Below are positions 18,152 through 27,801 of a stretch of DNA of 58,757 nucleotides, one piece after another (position 1 is the stretch's first letter; every line of letters starts with the position of its first letter). Source of the DNA: an uncultured Solirubrobacterales bacterium (GTDB taxonomy: Bacteria; Actinomycetota; Thermoleophilia; Solirubrobacterales; 70-9); contig CAITDZ010000128.1 in the NCBI GenBank assembly GCA_903891285.1, positions 1 to 58,757 on the forward strand. The letters are read 5' to 3'. Below the pieces are notes generated by a model that saw only the letters and a program-made list of their open reading frames with translations, did not search any database and had not been told where the DNA came from. The position numbers and the translations under genes are program-made.

Positions 18152-18277
18152 GCGTCTCGTCAGGCAGTAAACGACCCCTCGGGGTAGCCCGACGCGCCTC
18201 CTGTCCCAGCCTTCCAAGGGAATGAGCTGGGAAATGCGCTCGAGGTCCCGGGGTTTCAGCAACACCAAAGGAGAACG

Positions 18278-19282
18278 ATGTCCAAAGTAGGAGTTCAGGA
18301 CCTGCTCGAAGCCGGTGTCCATTTCGGACACCAGACCAGCCGGTGGAACCCGAACATGCGGCGCTTCCTGGCTGGAGAGATCGATGGTGTCCACATCATC
18401 GACCTGCTCCAGACCGAAGAGAGACTCGAGGAGGCAAGGGCGTTTACCAGTGAACTGGCAGCGGGCGGCGGGAAGATCCTCTTCGTCGGGACCAAGAAGC
18501 AGGCGGCGGCCGCAATCGAGGAGTGGGCGACCCGTGCGTCGATGCCTTATGTCAGCCGGCGATGGCTGCCTGGACTGTTGACCAATTTCAACATTGCCTC
18601 AGCCAGGATCAAGCGCCTGCACGAGCTGACCGAGCGGAGTGAAACGGGTCAGCTGGAGCTCCTTCCGACCAAGGAGAGGATGAACCTCGAGGCGGAAAAG
18701 GCAAAGCTCGAGTTTTCGCTCGGAGGGGTTCGGGACATGAAGAAGGTTCCCGACGCAGTCTTCATCGTCGACCTCAACAACGAAGAGATTGCGCTGCGGG
18801 AGGCCATGCGCCTGAGGATTCCGGTGATCGCCCTGATCGACTCGAACTGTGACCCCAACGGGATCGCCCTGCCAATTCCCGGCAATGACGACGCAATCAG
18901 GTCCTGCCAACTCGTGATCTCGACCCTCGGTGAGGCGATTACTGAAGGCTCCGACGCATGGAAGGCCGTGGAGGAGAAGCGTCGCCTCGAAGAGGAGGAG
19001 CGGCTTCGCAGGGAAGAGGAAGAGCGCCTGAAGAGGGAGGAAGAGGAGAAGGCGAGGAAGGAAGCCGAGGAGGCCTCCGGCGAGAAGGTCGAGGAAAGCT
19101 CGGTCGGCAGCGCCCCGACCCCGGGGCCGACCGATGAGCCGGTGAAGGTCCCGGAGCAGATTCCGGATCATCCGCAGGCAGTTGCACCGGATACCGAGCC
19201 TCCGGTGCCCGAGGCCGAAGCATCGCTCGCGGAAAGCGGCCCGGCCGGGGCCGAGGGAGCAGGGAAAGAAGCGAAGTCATGA
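18278..19282 (+). CDS. rpsB: 30S ribosomal protein S2 with a charged/proline-rich C-terminal extension
   Basis: LLEAGVHFGHQTSRWNP motif. The tail from about residue 237 is E/R/K-rich. Confidence 0.95.
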   Translation: MSKVGVQDLLEAGVHFGHQTSRWNPNMRRFLAGEIDGVHIIDLLQTEERLEEARAFTSELAAGGGKILFVGTKKQAAAAIEEWATRASMPYVSRRWLPGLLTNFNIASARIKRLHELTERSETGQLELLPTKERMNLEAEKAKLEFSLGGVRDMKKVPDAVFIVDLNNEEIALREAMRLRIPVIALIDSNCDPNGIALPIPGNDDAIRSCQLVISTLGEAITEGSDAWKAVEEKRRLEEEERLRREEEERLKREEEEKARKEAEEASGEKVEESSVGSAPTPGPTDEPVKVPEQIPDHPQAVAPDTEPPVPEAEASLAESGPAGAEGAGKEAKS

Positions 19283-19887
19283 GCGGCCAGGTGAAGGCCA
19301 GTGATGTCAAGGCCCTCCGGGACAAGACCGGGGCCGGGATGATGGACAGCAAGGAGGCCCTGGAGGAAGCCGGCGGAGACATCGATCGGGCGGTGGAGAT
19401 CCTCAGGGTCAAGGGCCAGGCATCTGCGGCGAAGCGTTCGGACAGGGGGACCAGCGAGGGGGTCGTCGCTTCCTACATCCACAACAACGGGAATGTCGGA
19501 TCGCTCGTAGAGGTTCTCTGCGAGACCGATTTCGTTGCGAGGAACGAGGATTTCGCCGATTTCGCCAACGAAGTCGCCCTTCACGTCGCAGCGACATCGC
19601 CAGAGTTCATATCCACAGACGAGATTCCCGAGGAAGCGATAGCGCGGGAGCGGAAGGTCTTCGAGGAGAAAGCCGGCGAGGAGGGCAAGCCGGCTGACGT
19701 CGTCGATCGGATCGTCGAAGGACAGCTTTCGAAGTGGAAGGCGGAGGTCACGCTTCTGGAGCAGGAGCACGTCAATGCCGACAAGCACGACTCCCGGACG
19801 ATCGAGCAGATGCGCGAGGATCTAGCGGCAAAGGTCGGTGAGAACGTTGTCATCTCGCGGATCGCCTGCTTCCGGATCGGGGGTTGA
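19279..19887 (+). CDS. tsf: Elongation factor Ts (short form, 202 aa)
   Basis: VKALRDKTGAGMMDSKEAL UBA-like N-terminus and TDFVARNEDF motif. Confidence 0.95.
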   Translation: MSGQVKASDVKALRDKTGAGMMDSKEALEEAGGDIDRAVEILRVKGQASAAKRSDRGTSEGVVASYIHNNGNVGSLVEVLCETDFVARNEDFADFANEVALHVAATSPEFISTDEIPEEAIARERKVFEEKAGEEGKPADVVDRIVEGQLSKWKAEVTLLEQEHVNADKHDSRTIEQMREDLAAKVGENVVISRIACFRIGG

Positions 19888-19891
19888 GCGG

Positions 19892-20653
19892 GTGGCCCAG
19901 GCCTCGAGGCCCGTCTTCGACCGGGTCCTGATCAAGCTCTCGGGCGAGGCCCTGATGGGTCAGAGGGACTTCGGTACCGACCCGGATGAGGTCGGGAGGA
20001 TCGCTTCGGAAATCGCGGATCTGGTCGACCGACGTGTCGAGGTGGCCGTCGTCGTTGGAGGGGGCAACATCTACAGGGGGATCGACGGGACGACCGGCGG
20101 GGTCGACCGGGCGACGGGCGACTACATGGGGATGATGGCGACACTCCTGAATGCCCTGACCCTCCAGGACGCGCTCGAGTCGAGGGGACGCTTCACCAGG
20201 GTCCTGTCGGCAATCGATGTCCGTGAAGTCGCCGAGCCCTACATCCGTCGGCGTGCGATGCGTCACCTGGAGAAGGGTCGGATCGTGATCTTTGCCGCAG
20301 GGACCGGAAACCCCTTCTTCACCACGGATACCGCTGCGGCGCTCCGGGCCCTGGAGATCCACGCCGAGGCGATCCTGATGGCGAAGAACGGCATCGAAGG
20401 CGTCTTCGATCGTGACCCGGCCGCAGACCCTGACGCCCAATTCATTCCGGAGCTGACCCACATGGAGGCGATCGAGCGCTCGCTCGGCGTGATGGATTCG
20501 ACCGCTCTCAGCCTCTGCATGGATCATCAGCTCCCGATCTACGTCTTCAACATGGGGGTCAACGGGAACATGGGTAGGATCGTGTCCGGGGAGAAGGTCG
20601 GGACCCTGGTCAGCCAGCCGGATAACAAGGGGAAAGACGAGGCACCCAAGTGA
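19892..20653 (+). CDS. pyrH: UMP kinase
   Basis: RVLIKLSGEAL...VVGGGNI motifs. GTG 19892 lies just after the tsf stop. Confidence 0.95.
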   Translation: MAQASRPVFDRVLIKLSGEALMGQRDFGTDPDEVGRIASEIADLVDRRVEVAVVVGGGNIYRGIDGTTGGVDRATGDYMGMMATLLNALTLQDALESRGRFTRVLSAIDVREVAEPYIRRRAMRHLEKGRIVIFAAGTGNPFFTTDTAAALRALEIHAEAILMAKNGIEGVFDRDPAADPDAQFIPELTHMEAIERSLGVMDSTALSLCMDHQLPIYVFNMGVNGNMGRIVSGEKVGTLVSQPDNKGKDEAPK

Positions 20654-21207
20654 TCGACGACCTGCTGGAAGATGCGACCGACCGAATGAACAAGTCGGTC
20701 GGTTCGACGCGGGGAGAGTTTGCTTCGGTCCGGACCGGGAGGGCCACTCCCCACCTGCTGGATCGCATCGTCGTCGACTACTACGGGGCCGAGACGCCAC
20801 TCGACCAGCTGGCCAATGTGGCAGCGAGCGAGGCACGCCTGCTTACCGTCACGCCTTATGACAAGTCGGCGATTCCGATGATCGAGAAATCGATCCTCGA
20901 CTCCGACATCGGCTTGACCCCCAACAACGATGGCAACGTGATCAGGCTCGCGATCCCGGAGATGACCGAGGAACGGCGGCAGGATCTGGTCAAGGTGCTC
21001 CACGGGATCGCCGAGGAGGGCAGGGTCGCGGTCCGCAACGTGCGCAGGGACGTGATGGCCGACCTTCGTGAGCTCAAGAAGGAAGGCGAAATCGGCGCCG
21101 ACGACGAACATCGCGCCGAGAATCGCCTCCAGGAGCTCACCGACGGGTCAATCGACGAGATCGACTCCATGCTCAAGGGCAAGGAAGAGGAAATACTCGA
21201 AGTGTGA
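20650..21207 (+). CDS. frr: Ribosome recycling factor
   Basis: 185 aa with typical RRF motifs (SVRTGRA.P.LLD...IP.MTEERR). Confidence 0.95.
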   Translation: MIDDLLEDATDRMNKSVGSTRGEFASVRTGRATPHLLDRIVVDYYGAETPLDQLANVAASEARLLTVTPYDKSAIPMIEKSILDSDIGLTPNNDGNVIRLAIPEMTEERRQDLVKVLHGIAEEGRVAVRNVRRDVMADLRELKKEGEIGADDEHRAENRLQELTDGSIDEIDSMLKGKEEEILEV

Positions 21208-21878
21208 GCTGGCCCAGGCGCGTCGCGATCATCACCGACGGCAACGGACGCTGGGCAACCTCGAAGGGGATTGATGTGGGCGAGGGCCACGAAGCCGGGG
21301 CAGACAACGTCAAGGCCCGCCTCAGGGATGCTGCAGAGTTCGGGATCCAGGAGTTGACCGTCTTCTCGTTCTCGACCGAGAACTGGTCCCGCCCGACGGC
21401 CGAGGTGGAGACGTTGATGGCGATGTTTCGCCGTCGGATAGAGGGGGAGACTCCCGAGCTGAACGAGGAGGGCGTCCGTATGAGGTTCGTGGGAAGGCGG
21501 GAGGGACTCGACAGCGATCTCGTCGAACAGATGGACTGGGCCGAACAGATGACCGCTGGCAACGAACGGATCACCCTCTTCGTCGCCTTCAACTACGGCG
21601 GCAGGGCCGAACTGGTCGACGCTGCCAGCCGGTACGAGGGCGGGGGGGAAGTCGCGTTCGCCAGCAACCTCTATGCACCAGACATGGGGGACCCGGACCT
21701 CCTGATCAGGACGAGCGGAGAGCGGCGGATCTCGAACTTCCTCCTCTGGCAATGCGCCTATTCAGAAATGGTCTTCAGGGATGAACTCTGGCCGGACTTC
21801 TCGAGGGAGGCATTCGTCGAGTGCCTCGAGGAGTACGAGGAGCGAGTACGGCGCTTCGGGGGAAGGGGAGAGGGGTGA
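21204..21878 (+). CDS. uppS: Isoprenyl transferase (undecaprenyl diphosphate synthase family)
   Basis: IITDGNGRWA...FSTENW.RP...RTSGE.R.SNFLLWQ motifs. Confidence 0.95.
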   Translation: MSWPRRVAIITDGNGRWATSKGIDVGEGHEAGADNVKARLRDAAEFGIQELTVFSFSTENWSRPTAEVETLMAMFRRRIEGETPELNEEGVRMRFVGRREGLDSDLVEQMDWAEQMTAGNERITLFVAFNYGGRAELVDAASRYEGGGEVAFASNLYAPDMGDPDLLIRTSGERRISNFLLWQCAYSEMVFRDELWPDFSREAFVECLEEYEERVRRFGGRGEG

Positions 21879-22669
21879 GCAGGGAGACCGGCCGACGGAT
21901 CCTCCACGCAGTTCCCCTGATCGCGTTGGCGATCGCAATAGTCGTAGCCGGGGGTCCCTGGTTCGCCGGCGGGATGGCGATCGTCGGCATCCTCGGGATT
22001 CGCGAGTTCCTTGCGATGGCACAGGAGAAGGAGCCCCTTCCGGTCCCGATGTACCTCGCACTGGTGGGCTTCATCCTCGCCGCTGCTCTTGGGTCGAAGA
22101 CGACGATCCTCCTGTCGCTGGCAGTGCCCTTTCCGCTCCTCTTCCTCTCCGCCCTCCGAAGGAAGGACCGGACCGGCATCACAGACTCTTTTTCGGTCTC
22201 GCTGCTTGGGGTCTACTGGATCGGGATCCCCCTGATTTTCGCGATCCTCCTCAGGGACATCCCCGATTACGGGACGGGCCTCCTGGTCGATGTCCTGATC
22301 GGGACCTTCGTCGCCGATACCGGTGCTTACGCAGTCGGACGACTGTTCGGAAGCAGGCCGCTCGCACCGAAGCTCTCGCCCAACAAGACGGTCGAGGGCT
22401 TGATCGGGGGGATCGTCCTTGGGATCGTTGCCGTCTGGGCAGCCGGCCTCTACCAGGACTGGCTTTCGGGTACGGACGCACTGATCCTCGGGGCGGCCGT
22501 TGCCTTCACCGCACCGATCGGGGACCTGTTCGAGTCGATGCTCAAGCGGGACCTGGGCACTAAGGATGCAGGCGGGGTCCTCGGCGCCCACGGGGGGATA
22601 CTCGACCGCCTGGACGCCGCCTTCTTCACGGTCGTGGTCGGCTACTTCGTCTCACTGCTCCTGATCTGA
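21875..22669 (+). CDS. cdsA: Phosphatidate cytidylyltransferase
   Basis: Polytopic, with a C-terminal SP.KT.EG..GG...S..KR..G.KD...HGG.LDR motif. GTGA overlap with uppS. Confidence 0.9.
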   Translation: MSRETGRRILHAVPLIALAIAIVVAGGPWFAGGMAIVGILGIREFLAMAQEKEPLPVPMYLALVGFILAAALGSKTTILLSLAVPFPLLFLSALRRKDRTGITDSFSVSLLGVYWIGIPLIFAILLRDIPDYGTGLLVDVLIGTFVADTGAYAVGRLFGSRPLAPKLSPNKTVEGLIGGIVLGIVAVWAAGLYQDWLSGTDALILGAAVAFTAPIGDLFESMLKRDLGTKDAGGVLGAHGGILDRLDAAFFTVVVGYFVSLLLI

Positions 22670-22690
22670 AGGGCGGCGGGGCCGATCCCG

Positions 22691-22696
22691 CATAAT
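22691..22696 (+). promoter_or_regulatory. -10 hexamer CATAAT, 6 nt before the dxr GTG (leaderless-type)
   Basis: CATAAT-N6-GTG(22703) with no SD. Confidence 0.5.
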
Positions 22697-22702
22697 CAAG
22701 AC

Positions 22703-23851
22703 GTGGCACAAAGGATCGTAATTCTCGGCGTGACCGGTTCGATCGGGGTCCAGGCGCTGGAACTCCTCAAGGATTCAGAACTGTTCGACGTCGTGGGTCT
22801 CTCGGCCGGCTCCGACGCAAGCGGACTCGGTCGGGCCGCGGAGGCCCTGGGGGCCGGGACGGTGGCGCTGGCCGACTCCCGTCAAGCCGACCGACTGCGG
22901 GACGAGTTCACCGGAACGGTGCTTGGAGGAGCGGATTCCGGGATTTCACTCATCGAGCAAACGGAACCCGACTTCGTCCTGAATGCAGTAGTCGGTGCGG
23001 CAGGACTCAAGCCGTCGATCGCGACCCTCACGATGGGCCTCCCCCTTGCGCTGGCAAACAAGGAATCGTTGGTGATCGCCGGTGACCTCCTCCTGCCACT
23101 TGCCGAGGGGACCGGTGGCCGGATCATTCCGGTGGACTCCGAGCACTCCGCGCTCGCGCAGCTGCTCCGTAACGAGCCCCCGGGGACGGTCGAGAGGCTG
23201 GTTCTGACGGCGTCAGGAGGCCCCTTCCTCGGCCGCGAAGACCTCTCGGCGGTAACGCCCGAGGAGGCCCTCCAGCACCCGACCTGGCAGATGGGTGGTC
23301 GGATAACCATCGACTCCGCAACCCTGATGAACAAGGGTTTCGAGATGATCGAGGCCCACCACCTCTTCGATTTCCCCTACGAGGCGATCGACGTCGTCGT
23401 CCATCCCCAATCCCTGGTCCATGCGTTGGTCGAATTCAACGATGGGGCCCAGCTGGCCCACCTGGGTCAGCCGGACATGAGGGTTCCGATCGCCTACGCA
23501 CTCTCGGAACCGGACCGGTGGGACGTCCCGGTCGAGCGACTCGACCTGACCAAGACGGCTTCCCTGGAGTTCCTGCCGGTGGACAATGGAGCGTTCCCCT
23601 GCCTCGAACTTGCGCGTGAAGCCGGGATCAGAGGGGGCGTTGCCCCTTGCGTCTTGAATGCGGCGGATGAGGTCGCGGTCGGCGCGTTCCTGGATGGACG
23701 GATCCCCTTCGACCGCATACCGGCCGTGGTCGAGGGTGTCCTGGAGGAGATTGGGGATCCTCCCGCCGTCGACTTCGACCAGCTGTTCGATGCCGATCTG
23801 GATGCCCGTGAGCGGGCCGAAGCGAGGCTTGAAGGGGTTGCGAGTTCATGA
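22703..23851 (+). CDS. dxr: 1-deoxy-D-xylulose 5-phosphate reductoisomerase
   Basis: ILG.TGSIG...LANKESLV...PVDSEHSA motifs. Confidence 0.95.
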   Translation: MAQRIVILGVTGSIGVQALELLKDSELFDVVGLSAGSDASGLGRAAEALGAGTVALADSRQADRLRDEFTGTVLGGADSGISLIEQTEPDFVLNAVVGAAGLKPSIATLTMGLPLALANKESLVIAGDLLLPLAEGTGGRIIPVDSEHSALAQLLRNEPPGTVERLVLTASGGPFLGREDLSAVTPEEALQHPTWQMGGRITIDSATLMNKGFEMIEAHHLFDFPYEAIDVVVHPQSLVHALVEFNDGAQLAHLGQPDMRVPIAYALSEPDRWDVPVERLDLTKTASLEFLPVDNGAFPCLELAREAGIRGGVAPCVLNAADEVAVGAFLDGRIPFDRIPAVVEGVLEEIGDPPAVDFDQLFDADLDARERAEARLEGVASS

Positions 23852-24915
23852 GCTTCCTCCTCGCATTCCTCGCCTTCTGTGCCCTGATCGTCCTTCACGA
23901 GGCGGGGCACTTCTTTGCCGCCAAGGCAACCGGCATGAGGGTCGAGAAGTTCTTCCTCTTCTTTCCCCCGAAGCTGTTCTCGATCAGGCGAGGTGAGACC
24001 GAATACGGAATCGGGGCGATACCGCTCGGTGGCTACGTTCGGATCACCGGGATGAATCCCGAGGAGGAAATCTCCCCCGAGGTAGCACCGAGGGCCTACT
24101 ACCGACAGCCAGTCTGGAAGCGAATCGTCGTGATCGGGGCAGGGCCAGCCGTCAACATCGCGATTGCCTTCCTGATCCTCTTCTTCCTCGCGTTTGGCGT
24201 TCAGGAGTCGACGGACCGGATCGGTCAGGTGGAGCCGAACTCCCCCGCTGCCGGTCGACTGGTGGCGGGCGACAGGCTGATCGCGGTCGATGGCGTCAGG
24301 GGCTCCCAGGATCGCCTCGCCTCCAGGATTGCGACCCACCGTTGCCAGGGTCGGCAGACCGATGGCTGTCTGGCGGAAGAGCCTGCGAAGCTGACGATCG
24401 AGCGAGACGGGGAGATCGCGACGATCGAAGTGCGGCCTCGCTTCGATTCGACGGTCGATCGACCAAGGGTGGGTTTTGCCTTCGGTTCGAGGCCACTCTC
24501 CCCTTCTGCACCCGAGGCCGCGGGGCTCTCGCTCGACTTCATGTGGCGAGTGACCACCGAAACCGTAGGCGTCCTGTCCGAGCTCTACAAGGCCGAGCGA
24601 CGCGAAGAGCTCTCCGGGGTCGCGGGAAGCTATGAGGTCACACGACAGGCGATAGACACGTCTGGGCGCCAGGCATTGACGATCATCGCCTTGATCAGCC
24701 TCTCCCTCGGGATCATCAACCTGTTCCCGTTCCTCCCGCTGGATGGTGGTCACATCTTCTGGAGCGTGATAGAGAAGATTCGGGGACGACCGGTTCCCTA
24801 CGCGGTGATGGAGCGGGCCGGGATCATCGGCTTCGCGCTGGTCCTCGGCCTTTTCTTCATCGGCCTTACCAACGACATCGGGAGATTGACCGGGGAAGGC
24901 TTCGCCGTTCGCTAG
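23848..24915 (+). CDS. rseP: RIP zinc metalloprotease (RseP/Rip1, M50 family) with one PDZ domain
   Basis: HEAGHFFAAK HExxH motif, a PDZ-like middle segment, and C-terminal NL.P...LDGGH. Confidence 0.9.
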   Translation: MSFLLAFLAFCALIVLHEAGHFFAAKATGMRVEKFFLFFPPKLFSIRRGETEYGIGAIPLGGYVRITGMNPEEEISPEVAPRAYYRQPVWKRIVVIGAGPAVNIAIAFLILFFLAFGVQESTDRIGQVEPNSPAAGRLVAGDRLIAVDGVRGSQDRLASRIATHRCQGRQTDGCLAEEPAKLTIERDGEIATIEVRPRFDSTVDRPRVGFAFGSRPLSPSAPEAAGLSLDFMWRVTTETVGVLSELYKAERREELSGVAGSYEVTRQAIDTSGRQALTIIALISLSLGIINLFPFLPLDGGHIFWSVIEKIRGRPVPYAVMERAGIIGFALVLGLFFIGLTNDIGRLTGEGFAVR

Positions 24916-24969
24916 CGTCTGCGCGACTGCACGGTTGGCGCTAGATTCCACGCTAAATCCAACGGGAGG

Positions 24970-26787
24970 ATGGGAATGGCGACCGAAGCAAAGGATGCAG
25001 CGACACTCGCCGAGGCATTTCGGATAACTGCTGGCCAGCGCGTCGGTGACACCTGGGTCAAGAGCCGCGACGGCTCGAACGTGATTACCTGGGACGACGG
25101 GCTGGCGAGGGTCGACCGGATCGCTGGCGGTCTGAGGAAACTCGGCATCGAAAAGGGTGACACGGTCGCCCTGATGCTCGTCAACCGACCCGAGTTCCAC
25201 ATCGTCGACTTCGGAGTCGTCACGGCCGGTGGCACTCCGTTCTCGATCTACCAGACCTACACCCCGGATCAGATCAAGTACCTGCTGGAGGACGCGGAGA
25301 CCAAGGTCGTGGTCACCGAGAGTCTGTTCCTGCCGGTCGTTCAAGAGGCGGTTTCGAGCCTCGACGACGATCCACAGGTAGTCCTCGTCGATCCCGAAGG
25401 CGACGTTCCAGAGGGGGTCATGTCCCTGGCGGAGCTCGAGGAACTCGACCCCGGGTTCGACGGTGCGGCGGCCGCAGCCGAAATCGGCCCGGAGGACATA
25501 CTCACCCTGATCTACACCAGTGGGACGACCGGACCGCCGAAGGGCGTTCAGCTGACCCATGACAACCTGATGTTCATGGTCGACGGCACCCACCAGATAG
25601 TTCAGTTCCCCGACCGCTCACGAGTCATCAGCTGGCTGCCTTCCGCCCACATCGCCGAGCGGGCGGCCCATCACTACCTCCCGGCGGTCTTTGGTTTCGA
25701 GGTCACCTCGGTCGACGACTACACGGCCGTCCGTGAGGTCCTCCCGGAGGTTCGGCCGCAGTGGTTCTTCGCCGTTCCCCGCATCTGGGAAAAGCTCAAG
25801 GGTGGGCTCGAATCGATGGTTGCCGGCCAGCCGGACGAGGCCCGAGAGCCCCTGCAGGAGGCACTTGCCGATGCGATCGAGAAGGTACGGCTCGAGCAGG
25901 CCGGCAAGGAGGTTCCGGACGATCTGGACGAGCGGGTTGCCGAAGCCGACCAGAAGTTCTTCGCACCCCTTCGCTCGGCCCTGGGATTGGATGAGGTCGT
26001 GACGATCAACGTCGGCGCGGCGCCGACCCCAAGAGAAGTCCTCGAGTTCTTCCACGCGATCGGACTTCCCCTTGCCGAGCTCTGGGGGATGTCGGAGACT
26101 TGCGGGGGTGGGACGGTCAATCCACCCGATGCAGTCCGGATCGGCACGGTGGGCCCCCCGACACCGGGCGTGGAGATCAAGCTGGCAGAAGACGGCGAGG
26201 TCCTGGTCAAGGGCAAGCTGAACATGCTCGGCTACCGGAACATGCCCGAGGCCACTGCCGAGACGATCGACTCCGAAGGGTGGCTCCACACCGGGGATAT
26301 CGGCGAGTTCGACGAAGCCGGATACCTGAAGATCGTCGATCGAAAGAAGGAGCTGATCATCAATGCTGCCGGCAAGAACATGTCACCAGCGAACATCGAG
26401 GCTGAACTGAAGAGCTCCTCCCCGTTGATCGACCAGGTCTGTTGCGTTGGGGACCAGCGCCCCTACAACGTGGCCCTGGTTTCGCTCGACCCCGACTTCG
26501 CCCCGATGTGGGCAGGTCAGCAGGGGATCGAGGGGACCGAGATCGCGGCGCTTTCGGAGAACCCGGAGGTGATCGAGGTCGTCAGGGCCGCAATGGAGAA
26601 GGGCAACGAGAACCTTGCGCGGGTCGAACAGGTCAAGCGGTTCCAACTCCTGCCGGAAGACTGGAAGCCCGGGGGCGACGAGCTGACTCCGACGATGAAG
26701 CTGAAGCGCAAGCCAATCGCCGAAAAGTACGAGACGGAGATAGAGGGCCTCTACGCGGGTGATACCGGTACCGAAGTTGTCGGTTGA
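24970..26787 (+). CDS. AMP-dependent long-chain fatty-acid--CoA ligase (FadD-like)
   Basis: YTSGTTGPPKGV AMP-binding motif and ...GWLHTGDIG...DRKKELI. GGGAGG SD. Confidence 0.9.
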   Translation: MGMATEAKDAATLAEAFRITAGQRVGDTWVKSRDGSNVITWDDGLARVDRIAGGLRKLGIEKGDTVALMLVNRPEFHIVDFGVVTAGGTPFSIYQTYTPDQIKYLLEDAETKVVVTESLFLPVVQEAVSSLDDDPQVVLVDPEGDVPEGVMSLAELEELDPGFDGAAAAAEIGPEDILTLIYTSGTTGPPKGVQLTHDNLMFMVDGTHQIVQFPDRSRVISWLPSAHIAERAAHHYLPAVFGFEVTSVDDYTAVREVLPEVRPQWFFAVPRIWEKLKGGLESMVAGQPDEAREPLQEALADAIEKVRLEQAGKEVPDDLDERVAEADQKFFAPLRSALGLDEVVTINVGAAPTPREVLEFFHAIGLPLAELWGMSETCGGGTVNPPDAVRIGTVGPPTPGVEIKLAEDGEVLVKGKLNMLGYRNMPEATAETIDSEGWLHTGDIGEFDEAGYLKIVDRKKELIINAAGKNMSPANIEAELKSSSPLIDQVCCVGDQRPYNVALVSLDPDFAPMWAGQQGIEGTEIAALSENPEVIEVVRAAMEKGNENLARVEQVKRFQLLPEDWKPGGDELTPTMKLKRKPIAEKYETEIEGLYAGDTGTEVVG

Positions 26788-27778
26788 CCCGGATGCACTT
26801 GAACGAATTGCGCTGACCCGGCTCCCCGAGCTGCAGGGGCCCGACGGTCTCTTCCATCCCAGTGCCGGAAAGCATGGGAGCCCGGTCCGGTCATCGGCAA
26901 TCGCCCTGATCGGGCTCTCGCGCGACGAGGAGGGAGCCTCGGCCCAGGGGATCTCGGTCGGGGCGCTGAGGACGGGAATGCTCGGCTCCCTGTCGGATCC
27001 GGCCCTCGGGGTTGGCGAGCTCGGGCTCGCACTTTGGGCCGAGGCCCGAACCGACGGTGCGGCGCTCGGGGAGGTCCTGGCCCGGATCCAGCGACGCATG
27101 CCGTCCCGGACGGATCGGCTCCCCCTCGAGGACCTTGCCCTGCTGGTATCCGGCGCGGCCGAGGCGGCGGAGATCGATCCGGGGGGTTCGGACATGATTT
27201 TCGCTCAAGCTCGCCAGGGACTGGTCGAGCGGCTCGGACCGGACGGGGTTTTCCTCGATGCCCATCACCGATTCGGGGGATCGCTGAGTCCGGTTTCTGC
27301 CCAGTTCCTCGCCCTCCACGGCCTTCGGCGAGGAGAGGGAGGCTCGGATGCCGATATCCGGAGGGCGGCAGGGGGACTGATCCGACTGCAGGGCGAGGGA
27401 GGGGCCTGGCCTGGCGTGATCGATACGAAACGTGCCGTGGGGGCCGAGCTCTATCCGGTCCTCACCGTGAACCAGATCGCGCTCTCGGCGATTGCCCTGC
27501 GGGGCCTGGCCGACCAGGCGCTCGAGCCGGCCCTTGCCTGGGTCGAGGGGGACAACCCGCTCGGCTTCTCGCTGGTTCATCCAGAAGAAGAGCGGATCGA
27601 CCATGGGGTGCTCCCGAGGAGGCGCACCGGGTCGATCGCCCGCGGGGTGGGAAGGGCGAGCTCCCGTCTGAAGCGAGGGCAACGAGACCTGGGACCCGAT
27701 GACTTGATCCTCGACCCAATCGTGACGGCGGAGGACCTTGGCTGGCTTCTCGAAGCTTGGGCCGGCCGGACTCCCTGA
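26759..27778 (+). CDS. Hypothetical protein, possibly an alpha/alpha-toroid (prenyltransferase / terpene-cyclase-like repeats)
   Basis: Three spaced L(Q/G)xxDG(L/V)F and LQGEGGAWP motifs in an Ala/Leu-rich helical sequence. The start is uncertain (GTG 26759 or TTG 26777). Confidence 0.55.
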   Translation: MIPVPKLSVDPDALERIALTRLPELQGPDGLFHPSAGKHGSPVRSSAIALIGLSRDEEGASAQGISVGALRTGMLGSLSDPALGVGELGLALWAEARTDGAALGEVLARIQRRMPSRTDRLPLEDLALLVSGAAEAAEIDPGGSDMIFAQARQGLVERLGPDGVFLDAHHRFGGSLSPVSAQFLALHGLRRGEGGSDADIRRAAGGLIRLQGEGGAWPGVIDTKRAVGAELYPVLTVNQIALSAIALRGLADQALEPALAWVEGDNPLGFSLVHPEEERIDHGVLPRRRTGSIARGVGRASSRLKRGQRDLGPDDLILDPIVTAEDLGWLLEAWAGRTP

Positions 27779-27788
27779 CTCCCTCCGG

Positions 27789-27794
27789 TAGCCT
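27789..27794 (+). promoter_or_regulatory. -10-like TAGCCT, 7 nt before the ispG ATG (leaderless-type)
   Basis: TANNNT-N7-ATG(27802). Confidence 0.45.
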
Positions 27795-27801
27795 GAGGGT
27801 A

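Noticed and set aside
18986-19282. GAG/GAA/AGG-rich repetitive DNA at the end of rpsB
   Set aside because: It encodes the charged C-terminal tail of S2 in frame. Such tails occur in high-GC Gram-positives, so this is not a repeat element.
19279-19887. Unusually short EF-Ts (202 aa)
   Set aside because: Short-form EF-Ts is known (e.g. the Thermus type). The gene is intact and translationally coupled to rpsB.
23494-25593. 699-aa ORF on the minus strand
   Set aside because: It is antisense to well-supported rseP and fadD-like genes. The Arg/Gly/Pro-rich composition is typical of stop-poor antisense frames in high-GC DNA, and I recognise no motifs.
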